A stretch of 64,000 bases of DNA, from the NCBI GenBank assembly GCA_019057385.1, contig JAHQJS010000004.1, positions 1,012,727-1,076,726 on the forward strand, in the 5' to 3' direction. The DNA comes from Candidatus Borrarchaeum weybense (GTDB lineage: Archaea > Asgardarchaeota > Sifarchaeia > Borrarchaeales > Borrarchaeaceae). Numbering within the stretch: the first letter of the stretch is position 1; every line of letters starts with the position of its first letter. A program made the position numbers and the translations under genes. This document shows, in pieces, positions 50,507 through 59,111 of this stretch. Below the pieces are notes generated by a model. The model was given only the letters and a program-made list of their open reading frames with translations. It ran no database searches and was not told the DNA's origin.

Positions 50507-51477
50507 TTTAAAAGCAACTCCTGAGTTTTTTCTGCCAGTTGAATTAATATTTTCCCGCTTGTGGACTCTGGGTTATAATTCACTATGGGAATTCCTTTGA
50601 CATAGCTTTTAATCAGTTCATCATCGTATGGAATCCGTGCTAGCAACTCCACTGATTTTTTCTGGCATGTTGAATCAATTATTTCACTATCCGCAATATC
50701 AGATCGATTTAGTACTACTTTCGAATCAAGCATCATGACGTTCTTGGTCAGTTCGATTATTAGATCCAAATCGTGAGCCCCAAAGGGTGTTGGCTCTGTT
50801 ACAGCTAATACGAGATCAGCCCCTTGCAAAGCACGGATGACGTCGCAATGGGCACCTGGGGCAGTATCGATTACCACAATATCATAGTTTTTTCCATTTT
50901 CTTTGACTTTCTTAAACGCCCTTTCTCTTGCGGCATCTACTGCGATAGCAGATTCTGGTTCTCTCAATTTTAACTCGCCACTGACAATATCGACACCATT
51001 ATTTTGCCCTTCAGATGTATAACCGACAATCTTCTCCTTGTCTACTATTGCATCGGATGGGCACACTAATTGACATACTTCGCAACCTGTGCAAATTTCT
51101 GGGAACAACAGGGGTGGCTTATCGCCTACCTGCAATATAGCGTGAGCCCTACAAAATTCTGCACACTTCCCACAAAATGTGCAGTTTTCCAAAATAAATT
51201 CTGGAAGAAAACGTTTGATTACTTGCTCATTCTTTAATTCGGCACCCAAAAGAATGGCAACATTAGGACTGTCAACATCACAGTCGATGATTAAAACTCT
51301 TTTGCCCATATTTGCTAACTGGGCTGCAAGGTTAATGGCTACGACAGTTTTACCAGTGCCACCTTTGCCGCCAGTGCATGCCAGTATCGGTACGTCAACT
51401 GGTTTCCTATGGAAGATTTCTGATGGAAGAGATGTCATCTTTCTTAAACTCCTGCATTTTAATAATTCTCTTGTCAA
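50503..51477 (-). CDS. MinD/ParA-like P-loop ATPase with inserted ferredoxin (COG1149), paralog
   Basis: GGKGGTGKT, DCDVDSPN, CTFCGKC/CTGCEVC, TEPTPFGAHDL; start probably downstream (MTSL). Confidence 0.93.
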   Translation of the reverse strand: MTRELLKCRSLRKMTSLPSEIFHRKPVDVPILACTGGKGGTGKTVVAINLAAQLANMGKRVLIIDCDVDSPNVAILLGAELKNEQVIKRFLPEFILENCTFCGKCAEFCRAHAILQVGDKPPLLFPEICTGCEVCQLVCPSDAIVDKEKIVGYTSEGQNNGVDIVSGELKLREPESAIAVDAARERAFKKVKENGKNYDIVVIDTAPGAHCDVIRALQGADLVLAVTEPTPFGAHDLDLIIELTKNVMMLDSKVVLNRSDIADSEIIDSTCQKKSVELLARIPYDDELIKSYVKGIPIVNYNPESTSGKILIQLAEKTQELLLK

Positions 51478-51492
51478 ATGTTTAAGAGTTAA

Positions 51493-51876
51493 TTATAAAA
51501 AACCAGCCTTTTTTGGTTTCGTTGGCTCTTCTAAGGACTTATATTTACCAGAAAGATAGCGATCAATTGCTTCTTGCACAGTTAAGTGTAGATCACATTG
51601 TATTATTTCAAACCCTAAGGAATTCAAGGCTGTAAAAGCACTTGGACCGAAATTTTCAGCAATGGCAACACTACACCCTAACTGGGCAAGAAACTGGGTG
51701 GATTGAATTCCAGCCCCACTACGTGCATTCCTCGCATTATTTTCATATAATTCAACGTTGATTACCTTTTTGTTATCATCCACTTCAACAACTGTCCACA
51801 TGAAGCACCGACCGAAGCGATCATCAACAGGTGAATCTAGTCCTTCAGGCAAGCTTGATGCTACGCCGATCTTCAT
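51493..51876 (-). CDS. NifB/NifX-family protein
   Basis: RFGRC, GAGIQS, NFGPSA. Confidence 0.9.
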   Translation of the reverse strand: MKIGVASSLPEGLDSPVDDRFGRCFMWTVVEVDDNKKVINVELYENNARNARSGAGIQSTQFLAQLGCSVAIAENFGPSAFTALNSLGFEIIQCDLHLTVQEAIDRYLSGKYKSLEEPTKPKKAGFL

Positions 51877-51916
51877 AAAATCTCCTATTTTTTTGATGTT
51901 ATTTACAAATTACCAA

Positions 51917-52399
51917 TTACCAATTTTGGCCGCCACCGCCGCGTCCACCGCCACCGCCGCGTCCACCGCCACCGCCGCGTCCACGTCCTGCACCTCTACC
52001 TGCGCCACCGCCGCGTCCACCAATTCCTGACTTAGCTCCCGCTGTTGGCCCTGAAGTGGAAGTTAATGCTCCTGTAAGATATTGATCAATTGCCGCCTTT
52101 ACTGTTGCGCCAAAAACACCTGTATATATCTGTATACCCATTTGTTGGAGAGCCGTAAAGGCATTTGGCCCCACGTTGCCTGTCAAAACTACAGTTGCGC
52201 CCGCGGTGACAACCAGCTGGGCTGCTTGAATACCTGCACCTGAAAAACTTTCTGCAGCCATATTCGGAACAACTTCGACATTCCCTGTATCCGAATCGTA
52301 AATTGTGAAAGCTGCACATCTCCCGAATCTGGGATCTATAATGACTTCTAACCCGCCTGGGGGTTGAGAACTTACTGCAATCTTCATTTTATACACCAT
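51917..52399 (-). CDS. NifB/NifX-family protein with Gly/Arg-rich tail
   Basis: RFGRC, GAGIQAAQ, GNVGPNA; GRGGGG repeats (18-bp units at about 51930-52020). Confidence 0.9.
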   Translation of the reverse strand: MVYKMKIAVSSQPPGGLEVIIDPRFGRCAAFTIYDSDTGNVEVVPNMAAESFSGAGIQAAQLVVTAGATVVLTGNVGPNAFTALQQMGIQIYTGVFGATVKAAIDQYLTGALTSTSGPTAGAKSGIGGRGGGAGRGAGRGRGGGGGRGGGGGRGGGGQNW

Positions 52400-52423
52400 A
52401 TTTCTACTGTTTTTTTAAAAATT

Positions 52424-52462
52424 TTAGGCATCCCTAAAAATTTTTTTGTGTGTCTAAGCACA
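52424..52462. promoter_or_regulatory. Composite operator upstream of the NifX-NifX-MinD-MinD operon
   Basis: TTAGG-CATC-CCTAA (52424-52437), 11 nt, TGTGT-CTAA-GCACA (52449-52462). Confidence 0.75.
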
Positions 52463-52554
52463 ACATTACAGTTTGAATATTTATTTGTCTTTCTACATAC
52501 AAATGTTAATATTAACTTTGATTCAACTTACAAAAAAACTCTATTTAAGTTTTG

Positions 52555-52905
52555 TTATGTTTCGGGTACTATTATAAGTTCTCTTCCTTCGGTTAACACT
52601 TGCGCAACCTTAGAACGGGCGCTTTGGAGCACTCTCCAGATGGTACCCCTTGAAACGCCCATCTGCTTACCTGCTTCCTCTTGCATCATTCCCTGTAGGT
52701 CCACAAGCCTCAAAACTTCCAGTTCTGCATATGTTAGAAAAATAGGCTCTTTTGAACTATGTTCTTCTATGGTGTCTTTAGGGATGGCTGGCACAAAGTT
52801 CTTGATAGGCGGAGTGAAGTTTATTTTTCTGGGTGTCATAGGTCGCCCTGGACCTGTTTTCCTCATTTTTCCTCGTCCGCGTCTCCATCTCGGCATAATA
52901 GTCAC
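52555..52905 (-). CDS. DUF134 (UPF0251) HTH DNA-binding protein
   Basis: GRP..PR, ELEVLRLVDLQGMMQEEAGKQMGVSRGTIWR..SARSKVA. Confidence 0.92.
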   Translation of the reverse strand: MTIMPRWRRGRGKMRKTGPGRPMTPRKINFTPPIKNFVPAIPKDTIEEHSSKEPIFLTYAELEVLRLVDLQGMMQEEAGKQMGVSRGTIWRVLQSARSKVAQVLTEGRELIIVPET

Positions 52906-53275
52906 TTTTATATGCGTTTGTGTTTATCTGTGTAATTATGTTCAATGTCACAAAATATTGTGATTTTGATTCTAATTAATCTTGCTATGTTCCCAAAAAC
53001 CTGCTAGCAAAATAATGAGCCACTTTTGAAAATCTTCTCTTTTTTCTAAAATATATGGCATTTTGGAATTATAGAATTCTACAAACTATCTGAACCAATC
53101 GGGATATTTCATCAAAATTTCATTATAACCATAATTTTTGCTGCAAAGAGATAAAAAAACATTTAGATTATTTGCACCTTAGTCAAACTCAACAATGTAA
53201 TTATATGTGTTGTATCTATGAATCCTTCCGAATTAAACCCATATTGTACTAAGTCGATGGAGAGGGTGTTTCCTT

Positions 53276-53830
53276 ATGGTTATCAAGAGAGTTTTAAAAG
53301 AAGGTCTGCCTGTACTTTTCTTAGTCGCTATAGGGGGTACTCTCACTGGGTTTATTTTAACTAGAATGGAATCGTATCTTCAATCTATTGCTGGCTTGTT
53401 CGTTATACTTCCTGCGCTGTTTGCGCTGCGTGGAAATATAAGCGCATCATTAGGGTCACGTATCGGCTCAGGTTTTGCCACAGGCGCTATAAAATCAGAA
53501 CTTTTTGGAAATAAAGAACTTTTTGAGAATATAAAAGCATCAGTCCTGTTATCTACAGTTCTTTCAGCTGCAGCTGGTGTGATTGCTGTGATTTTCTTAT
53601 TTGTTTATGGAATAAGCGGCATAAATCCTGTCTTGATATTTCTTATTGCGCTTTTTGGAGGGTCAATCAGTGGATTAATTTCTCCGTTATTTACTACTCT
53701 CTTAGCAAGCATAGCATTTAGAAGAGGTCTCGATATTGACAATATCTTAAATCCTGTTATTACCGTAACGGGTGATATTCTTACTATATCGTGTATATTT
53801 CTAGCTATTTTACTTGTTATTGGACTCTAG
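53276..53830 (+). CDS. MgtE/SLC41 magnesium transporter membrane domain, gene 1
   Basis: PALFALRGNI..LGSR, GLDIDN..PVITVTGD. Confidence 0.88.
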   Translation: MVIKRVLKEGLPVLFLVAIGGTLTGFILTRMESYLQSIAGLFVILPALFALRGNISASLGSRIGSGFATGAIKSELFGNKELFENIKASVLLSTVLSAAAGVIAVIFLFVYGISGINPVLIFLIALFGGSISGLISPLFTTLLASIAFRRGLDIDNILNPVITVTGDILTISCIFLAILLVIGL

Positions 53831-54400
53831 GTGAAAGTTATGCAAGTCTATAATGTTCGACGAATTGTTAGGGAAAGCGTTTTCGTCATTTTAATCTGTA
53901 TAGTTCTAGACTTGCAGGCAGGGATCATACTTGATTTAAATCTAAATTCTTTTCTTCAGTGGACTGCTTTACTTCTTTTAATTCCTTCATACCTAGCTAT
54001 GGGTGGAAATATTGGAATTATATTAGGATCAAGGTTATCTTCTGCGCTTTATCTGGGTACAATAGAGCCAAACTTCTCACAGTGGACTAAAACAGCTAAA
54101 GAAAACTTGGCTGCCAGTTTGCTATTAGGACTAAGCGCCTTTATCTTCGTAGGTATGATCACATTTGTTGTTTCAGTATTTCTAAACTTAAGTTTTCCTG
54201 ATATCGGTCGGCTACTTCTACTAACTATAGTTTCGGGTTTTCTTCTGATTGTTTGTTTGTCTTTGTTAACATTTTTCACAGCGATCTTAGCATTTCGTCG
54301 GGGATTGGATCCAGATAACATTATTGCCCCAATAATTGCAACCTCTGGTGATTTAATTGGAGCTGTAATTTTTGTGGCGTTGCTTCCTTTATTATTTTAG
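53831..54400 (+). CDS. MgtE/SLC41 magnesium transporter membrane domain, gene 2
   Basis: MGGNIG..LGSRLSSAL, GLDPDN..PIIATSGD. Confidence 0.88.
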   Translation: MKVMQVYNVRRIVRESVFVILICIVLDLQAGIILDLNLNSFLQWTALLLLIPSYLAMGGNIGIILGSRLSSALYLGTIEPNFSQWTKTAKENLAASLLLGLSAFIFVGMITFVVSVFLNLSFPDIGRLLLLTIVSGFLLIVCLSLLTFFTAILAFRRGLDPDNIIAPIIATSGDLIGAVIFVALLPLLF

Positions 54401-54494
54401 ATTTCTATTCTTAGTTTCAAAATTAAGTATAATATGATTCTCAGGCGCTCCTTCAATCAACCAGAATTAAAAACCTTCTTTAGACAGCATGAAC

Positions 54495-55133
54495 CTACTT
54501 CATGGGAAGTGTATGAACGATTTTCTTTAGACGTTCATGCCCATCTTCAGGTCCACGGATTATCAAAAGGTCTCCTGATAAAATTATAGTATTTGCATTC
54601 GGCCCATATATCCACTTTCTACCTCTCTTGATAGCGATAACTCGTGTCCCGAGAGTAGAATGTAATCTTAAATCTCCTAGTGTTTTTTGATCTACTAGAG
54701 AGTCTGGTTCAACTCTCACCCTAAAAATTTGCTCATCCGCATCAGCTAAGGCGCTTGCAATAACCGGATGGACGTCCAGTTTTCGCAATATTATTTCGAC
54801 GATCTGATCTGCAGCGTTAGAAATGTTTTCAGCGGCAGTTGCTAACTGTAAAATCCCCACAAGCTGTTCCGCATCTTCTTTGTCACGTGCGGCTAGCATG
54901 GCCATCATGGTTATCTGATATTTCAGTTTATCCATTTCCTCTTCGAGTTCATGAACTTCTTCAGCAAGCTCCTTGTTATTAAATAATACAGCAGAGTATG
55001 CTAAGTCCACTATCAGTTCACTTATATCCTTCATCTCTGTCAAAATTTGCTTGATTCCCATTGGCTCGTATTTTACGGGCTCTTTAATATCTTCAAGCTC
55101 TTCAATTATCTCTTCGTTACTTCCTTCAGACAA
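54495..55133 (-). CDS. PhoU plus TrkA-C (RCK_C) domain protein
   Basis: EMKDISELIVDLAYSAV, ENISNAA, VIAIKRG..P. Confidence 0.88.
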   Translation of the reverse strand: MSEGSNEEIIEELEDIKEPVKYEPMGIKQILTEMKDISELIVDLAYSAVLFNNKELAEEVHELEEEMDKLKYQITMMAMLAARDKEDAEQLVGILQLATAAENISNAADQIVEIILRKLDVHPVIASALADADEQIFRVRVEPDSLVDQKTLGDLRLHSTLGTRVIAIKRGRKWIYGPNANTIILSGDLLIIRGPEDGHERLKKIVHTLPMK

Positions 55134-55381
55134 CTAAATCAAATTCCTCCAAATATATGGATAAAAAGCGTTGAAAAAGTGTACCCAAAAGCAAGTAAAA
55201 AAATATACCACTAAAACGAATTTCCTCAAGGCTATATTGAAACATGTTCTATCATGTTCCTTATTGTGCTCAAATGTAGTTAACAGATACTTTTAGTATT
55301 AATTTTTTTTGGTAAATTGGGCTTCACTAATTTAGTATGAATTTTTTAAAAAACAGTTTAAAAACAAAGGGTTTAGGTAGA

Positions 55382-55873
55382 TTAAATCTCTTTTTGTCGT
55401 TCTTTTCTTTCATAATGTTTTTCTGCCTTTTCTCTTATCAGTTGAACATATTCATTTGCAGTTATCAGGTTTGATAAATCAGACTCTAAGTTATTGGCTT
55501 TTATCTTAAGAATCCAACCCTCTTTATACGCCGATTTGTTAACAATTTCTGGAGACGCTTCAAGTTTTTCATTTATTGCGACTATAGCTCCCCCAACAGC
55601 TGGGATTATATCGAGCACTGTTTTTACTGATTCAAGTGATCCAATCTCTTCTCCAGGAATGACCTCATCGCCAACTTGTTTCTCAAGTTCGAGAAACAAA
55701 ATATCGCTCAAAATCGTTTGAAAATAATCAGTTGCACCTATGACAACTATTTCATCATCTTTAGATACCCACAAGTCATCTTTTGAGTAGAATAAATCCT
55801 TAGGAAATTTCAAAATGAATTTTTCGATAGTAACCTTGAATTTATCTTCTTCTTCAACTACATTGAAGATCAT
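55382..55873 (-). CDS. GcvH-like lipoyl carrier protein
   Basis: IGATDY, ESVKT lipoyl-Lys motif, PEIVN..Y..GW; extra N-terminal KFILKFP segment. Confidence 0.9.
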   Translation of the reverse strand: MIFNVVEEEDKFKVTIEKFILKFPKDLFYSKDDLWVSKDDEIVVIGATDYFQTILSDILFLELEKQVGDEVIPGEEIGSLESVKTVLDIIPAVGGAIVAINEKLEASPEIVNKSAYKEGWILKIKANNLESDLSNLITANEYVQLIREKAEKHYERKERQKEI

Positions 55874-55886
55874 AATATTCCCAACC

Positions 55887-56333
55887 TTATTCGTCTTTTG
55901 GCCTTATGTCCAGCAAGATTTCATCCACTTTTTTAGCAGTTAATTCTGCAATTCTGCGAGCTAGTTTCATCCCGTTGTTTCCTAATTCAACTACATCTTC
56001 TGGATTCAACTTGATATCCATTTCTTTCATAACTTTTTTTACATCTATTACAGCTGAAGGTTTATCGCTGTATTTTTCAGTGCCAAGAGAAGAACACCGT
56101 TTTTCACACCCATCTAAGCAAATAGTAGGAAAGAATTTCGCAAAATTTTGTTCTCCTTCATCCCCTGCAAGAAATAACGGTAAGCACATTATTACTGTAC
56201 TTTCAGGTAACTCCTCGACAACAAGACGCGCTGCTATTCGTGTTACAGTCCCCTCTGGGATTGCTTCACCACTACAAGCGATAATCCCGACCTTTGTAGG
56301 CCTCATAGTTTCAAGAAAATCTGGCATAAGCAA
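55887..56333 (-). CDS. DGC-domain putative metal-binding protein
   Basis: IACSG, MCLP, LDGCEKRC. Confidence 0.88.
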   Translation of the reverse strand: MLMPDFLETMRPTKVGIIACSGEAIPEGTVTRIAARLVVEELPESTVIMCLPLFLAGDEGEQNFAKFFPTICLDGCEKRCSSLGTEKYSDKPSAVIDVKKVMKEMDIKLNPEDVVELGNNGMKLARRIAELTAKKVDEILLDIRPKDE

Positions 56334-56342
56334 ACTTCCTTA

Positions 56343-56750
56343 CTAATTACACTCAAGAAGTTTATCTACTTCTTCGGCAACCCTTTCTGCTACTTTTCGT
56401 GCAAGTTTCTTCCCATTTTCGTCTAAGAACGTTACTTGTTTTGTACGGAACTCTTTATTTTCTCTTAGTACGTCCATGACCATAACAGATGCGTCTGAGG
56501 TACGTCCGATAGATCGTTCAACATCTTTGAAAGCGCAAGCTTTCGCACATCCATCAATGGAAATCACAAAATTGTTTTTAGTGAGATCTAGAGCTTCTTT
56601 ATCCGCTATCTGAAGCAAAGGCAGACAAAAAGTTTTAGTTTTGTCAGTTCGTAGTTCATTAACAACGATATATGTTGCTTGCCTCGCTACCGTTCCGAAA
56701 GATTTTCCAATCCCGCTGCAGGGCAAAATAACCGCTTTTTTTAAAATCAT
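56343..56750 (-). CDS. DGC-domain putative metal-binding protein
   Basis: LPCSG, FCLP, IDGCAKAC. Confidence 0.88.
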   Translation of the reverse strand: MILKKAVILPCSGIGKSFGTVARQATYIVVNELRTDKTKTFCLPLLQIADKEALDLTKNNFVISIDGCAKACAFKDVERSIGRTSDASVMVMDVLRENKEFRTKQVTFLDENGKKLARKVAERVAEEVDKLLECN

Positions 56751-56767
56751 TGTCTTTCAATCATCCT

Positions 56768-57154
56768 TTAAGCAGAGAGAATTAATTCCTTAAGTTCTTC
56801 ACGTTTCGGCACACGCCCCATTGAAACAACTTCACCATTGAATACAACTACAGGAGTAAGAAAAATTTCCTGTTCCTTAGCTAATTCAACATAGGGTGCG
56901 AGTTTTTCGTCAATGGTTTTGATATCACGTTGTTCGAACAATTTACGGTAGTCGAGATCAATTCCCATTTTCTCGGCAAATACTTCTGCTTCAACTATTT
57001 TTCCGTATTTTTCTGCTTCTTCAGAGCCAGCGTAAATTCGCTCGATTTCGATGTTCATACCCCGTTCTCTTTTTAACTGTTTTAGCATCCTATGAACTCT
57101 GTGGCAACGAATGCAAGGCGGGTATGGTCCAATTACTTCTACTTTAAGCACCAT
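56768..57154 (-). CDS. Thioredoxin-fold protein
   Basis: PPCIRC, TPVVVFNGE..GRVP. Confidence 0.85.
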   Translation of the reverse strand: MVLKVEVIGPYPPCIRCHRVHRMLKQLKRERGMNIEIERIYAGSEEAEKYGKIVEAEVFAEKMGIDLDYRKLFEQRDIKTIDEKLAPYVELAKEQEIFLTPVVVFNGEVVSMGRVPKREELKELILSA

Positions 57155-57156
57155 GT

Positions 57157-57459
57157 TTATTCTTCTCCTAGTACCTCTAATATAGCTGCTTTGAATTCTT
57201 CTTTATGCGGCACTTCACCTTCGGCTATAATCATATCTCCAACTACAATTGTGGGCGCAAGTTGTACGTCCCATTCTTCAGCTTCGGGAGTCAGACAGCT
57301 GATCCTGCGTATATTTACCTTATCTCCAAAATATTCATCTTTTATCTTCTTTGCTACTTTTGCTGCCCGATGGCAAACTGTGCAAGGCGGTTCAGTTTCG
57401 AAAATAATCACATCAATTGGTCCAGACATTATTTTTCCTCCATCATCGATTAGTCCCAT
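57157..57459 (-). CDS. Thioredoxin/glutaredoxin-like protein
   Basis: PPCTVC, APTIVV..GEVP; probable start at MSGP. Confidence 0.85.
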   Translation of the reverse strand: MGLIDDGGKIMSGPIDVIIFETEPPCTVCHRAAKVAKKIKDEYFGDKVNIRRISCLTPEAEEWDVQLAPTIVVGDMIIAEGEVPHKEEFKAAILEVLGEE

Positions 57460-57719
57460 TCTAGTTCGATATCAATCATTTTCTTCATCGTTTCTCTGCT
57501 AGGTGTTAATCCTATAATAAAATATGTTTCATTGATAACGATTGCTGGCGTAAGTTCGATGTGGTATTCTTCAAATTTTTCCTTTGCTGATGGTCCGATG
57601 TACTTTTCTACTTCTACTTTATCTCCGTATTCTTTTACAATCTCATCCACGAAATTCAAACAAATCTCACATTCTCCACAAACTGGCTCTCCAGAAAAAA
57701 ATTCTATGAGAACGGTCAT
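57450..57719 (-). CDS. Thioredoxin-like protein
   Basis: CGECEIC, TPAIVIN. Confidence 0.82.
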   Translation of the reverse strand: MTVLIEFFSGEPVCGECEICLNFVDEIVKEYGDKVEVEKYIGPSAKEKFEEYHIELTPAIVINETYFIIGLTPSRETMKKMIDIELEWD

Positions 57720-57736
57720 AGTACGCTACCTCCGCT

Positions 57737-58810
57737 TTAAATTGTTGGAGAAATGGTCGCTTTTTCCTCCTCGATATCTTTCATGGATCGCTTGTGAGCA
57801 ATGTAGGCACCTATAACGGCGACTGCCAGAAGTCCAAGAAGAATTATGTCATGATATTCACCGTAAAGATTGCCTCCGACTGCTGTACCGGCTGTAGTGA
57901 ACTCAAGCAATATTGGGAAGAATAGAACTCCAAGTAATATTGAGAAACCATAGACTCCTAGGGCATAGACTAATGTTCGCTTCCATTTGAGGACACGTAC
58001 GACTACCATAAGAGTAGCGATACTAATTGTTGGTGCTGCCAGCAGAAATACTAATGCTGCGCCTGGGCTCATCCCGAGTGCTAAAAATGTGGCCGCCAAT
58101 GGAATTTCAACGGGAGGAATGACAAACAAGGGGATTCCTATAAATGCCGCGAGCAGATAAGCGGTCAAACCTGTTGAGCCCATAGTACTTTCAATCCAGA
58201 CCGGTGGTAAAACTGTTCTTAATAATGCCGCTACGAACACACCTACCACAATGAGCCAGAGTATTTCTTTGATATAGTCCCAGGTGTACGTCATAGCCTT
58301 TTTCATTCTCGAGACAAAAGATACAACGACTTTTGGTTTCATGCGCCGTACTTTCCGTACTTTCTGTGCCTCTTCTTGCTCTTCCTTGCCAAAAACGAGG
58401 TCTACAACGATACCAACTGCTATTGCAATAAGAACTGCACCAATAATTCTTGCAATTCCTAAACCGACATTTAACAATCCCATGGTGAGTAGAACACCTA
58501 CTGGATTTATAGATGGACCTGCGATAAGGAACGTAACAGCGGGACCGATACCTGCACCTCTTCGTCTTATACCTGCAAATAATGGAAGTATCGCACAAGA
58601 ACATACGCCTAATAATGCACCAGCGGCGGTTGCTGTGACATAAGCATACCATCTTCCACTACCCAAGAGTCGTAAGAAGGTGTCCCTCGAAATAAATTCG
58701 CTAAAAATACCCGCCACAATGAACCCTACAGCTATACACCACCAGGCGTGGGAAAAATACTCGATTGCTATGATCCAAGTGCCAGTCAATATTTCTACAA
58801 TAGTTACCAT
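57737..58810 (-). CDS. DUF318/ArsP-family permease
   Basis: GVCSCAILP, TFLIAGPSINP, GAALVFLLAAP. Confidence 0.88.
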   Translation of the reverse strand: MVTIVEILTGTWIIAIEYFSHAWWCIAVGFIVAGIFSEFISRDTFLRLLGSGRWYAYVTATAAGALLGVCSCAILPLFAGIRRRGAGIGPAVTFLIAGPSINPVGVLLTMGLLNVGLGIARIIGAVLIAIAVGIVVDLVFGKEEQEEAQKVRKVRRMKPKVVVSFVSRMKKAMTYTWDYIKEILWLIVVGVFVAALLRTVLPPVWIESTMGSTGLTAYLLAAFIGIPLFVIPPVEIPLAATFLALGMSPGAALVFLLAAPTISIATLMVVVRVLKWKRTLVYALGVYGFSILLGVLFFPILLEFTTAGTAVGGNLYGEYHDIILLGLLAVAVIGAYIAHKRSMKDIEEEKATISPTI

Positions 58811-58837
58811 TATTTTAGATCCTCACATAAGTAATAT

Positions 58838-58863
58838 ATTATATCGTTATATGGCGATATAAT
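58838..58863. promoter_or_regulatory. ArsR/SmtB-like palindromic operator upstream of the permease operon
   Basis: ATTATATCG-N8-CGATATAAT perfect 9-bp arms, 28 nt before the start codon. Confidence 0.6.
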
Positions 58864-58967
58864 CATATTTCAATTATAAGTCTTTTGGTGAAGGATGATC
58901 TCAAGAGCATTTCACAGTTGATAAAAAGCTGATGTGTAATTCATTCTCTCTCTAAATTTTTCCTTGC

Positions 58968-59111
58968 TCATTTAACAAGCAAAAAGGTAAGAGCAATCAA
59001 GAGCAATATGTTTCCGAGGCAAAAAATAGTCTCTAATTGTCCAGTTGGAGATTCACACCACCTGAATAGGCAACCAAAACCCAGAATTATAGCTGCAATA
59101 GCTATACTCAC
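58968..59111 (-). CDS. Small hydrophobic ORF (47 aa), possible relic
   Basis: AGGAG SD plus GTG; MSIAIAAIILGFGCLF...LLLIALTFLLVK*, with ARKNLERE* continuing past the TGA. Confidence 0.35.
   Translation of the reverse strand: MSIAIAAIILGFGCLFRWCESPTGQLETIFCLGNILLLIALTFLLVK

Noticed and set aside
43146-52399. Nitrogen fixation inferred from NifB/NifX domains
   Set aside because: No nifH, nifD, nifK, nifE or nifN in the window; the ATPases are COG1149-type, not NifH
53276-54400. Two short MgtE genes as a frameshifted pseudogene
   Set aside because: Each is a complete MgtE membrane repeat, and paired genes with a PhoU/TrkA-C neighbour are a common archaeal arrangement
55382-55873. Glycine cleavage system
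   Set aside because: No P, T or L subunits nearby; the context is a thioredoxin/DGC/permease operon
55887-57719. Selenoproteins among the DGC and thioredoxin genes
   Set aside because: All redox positions are encoded as Cys and the ORFs are full length without in-frame TGA
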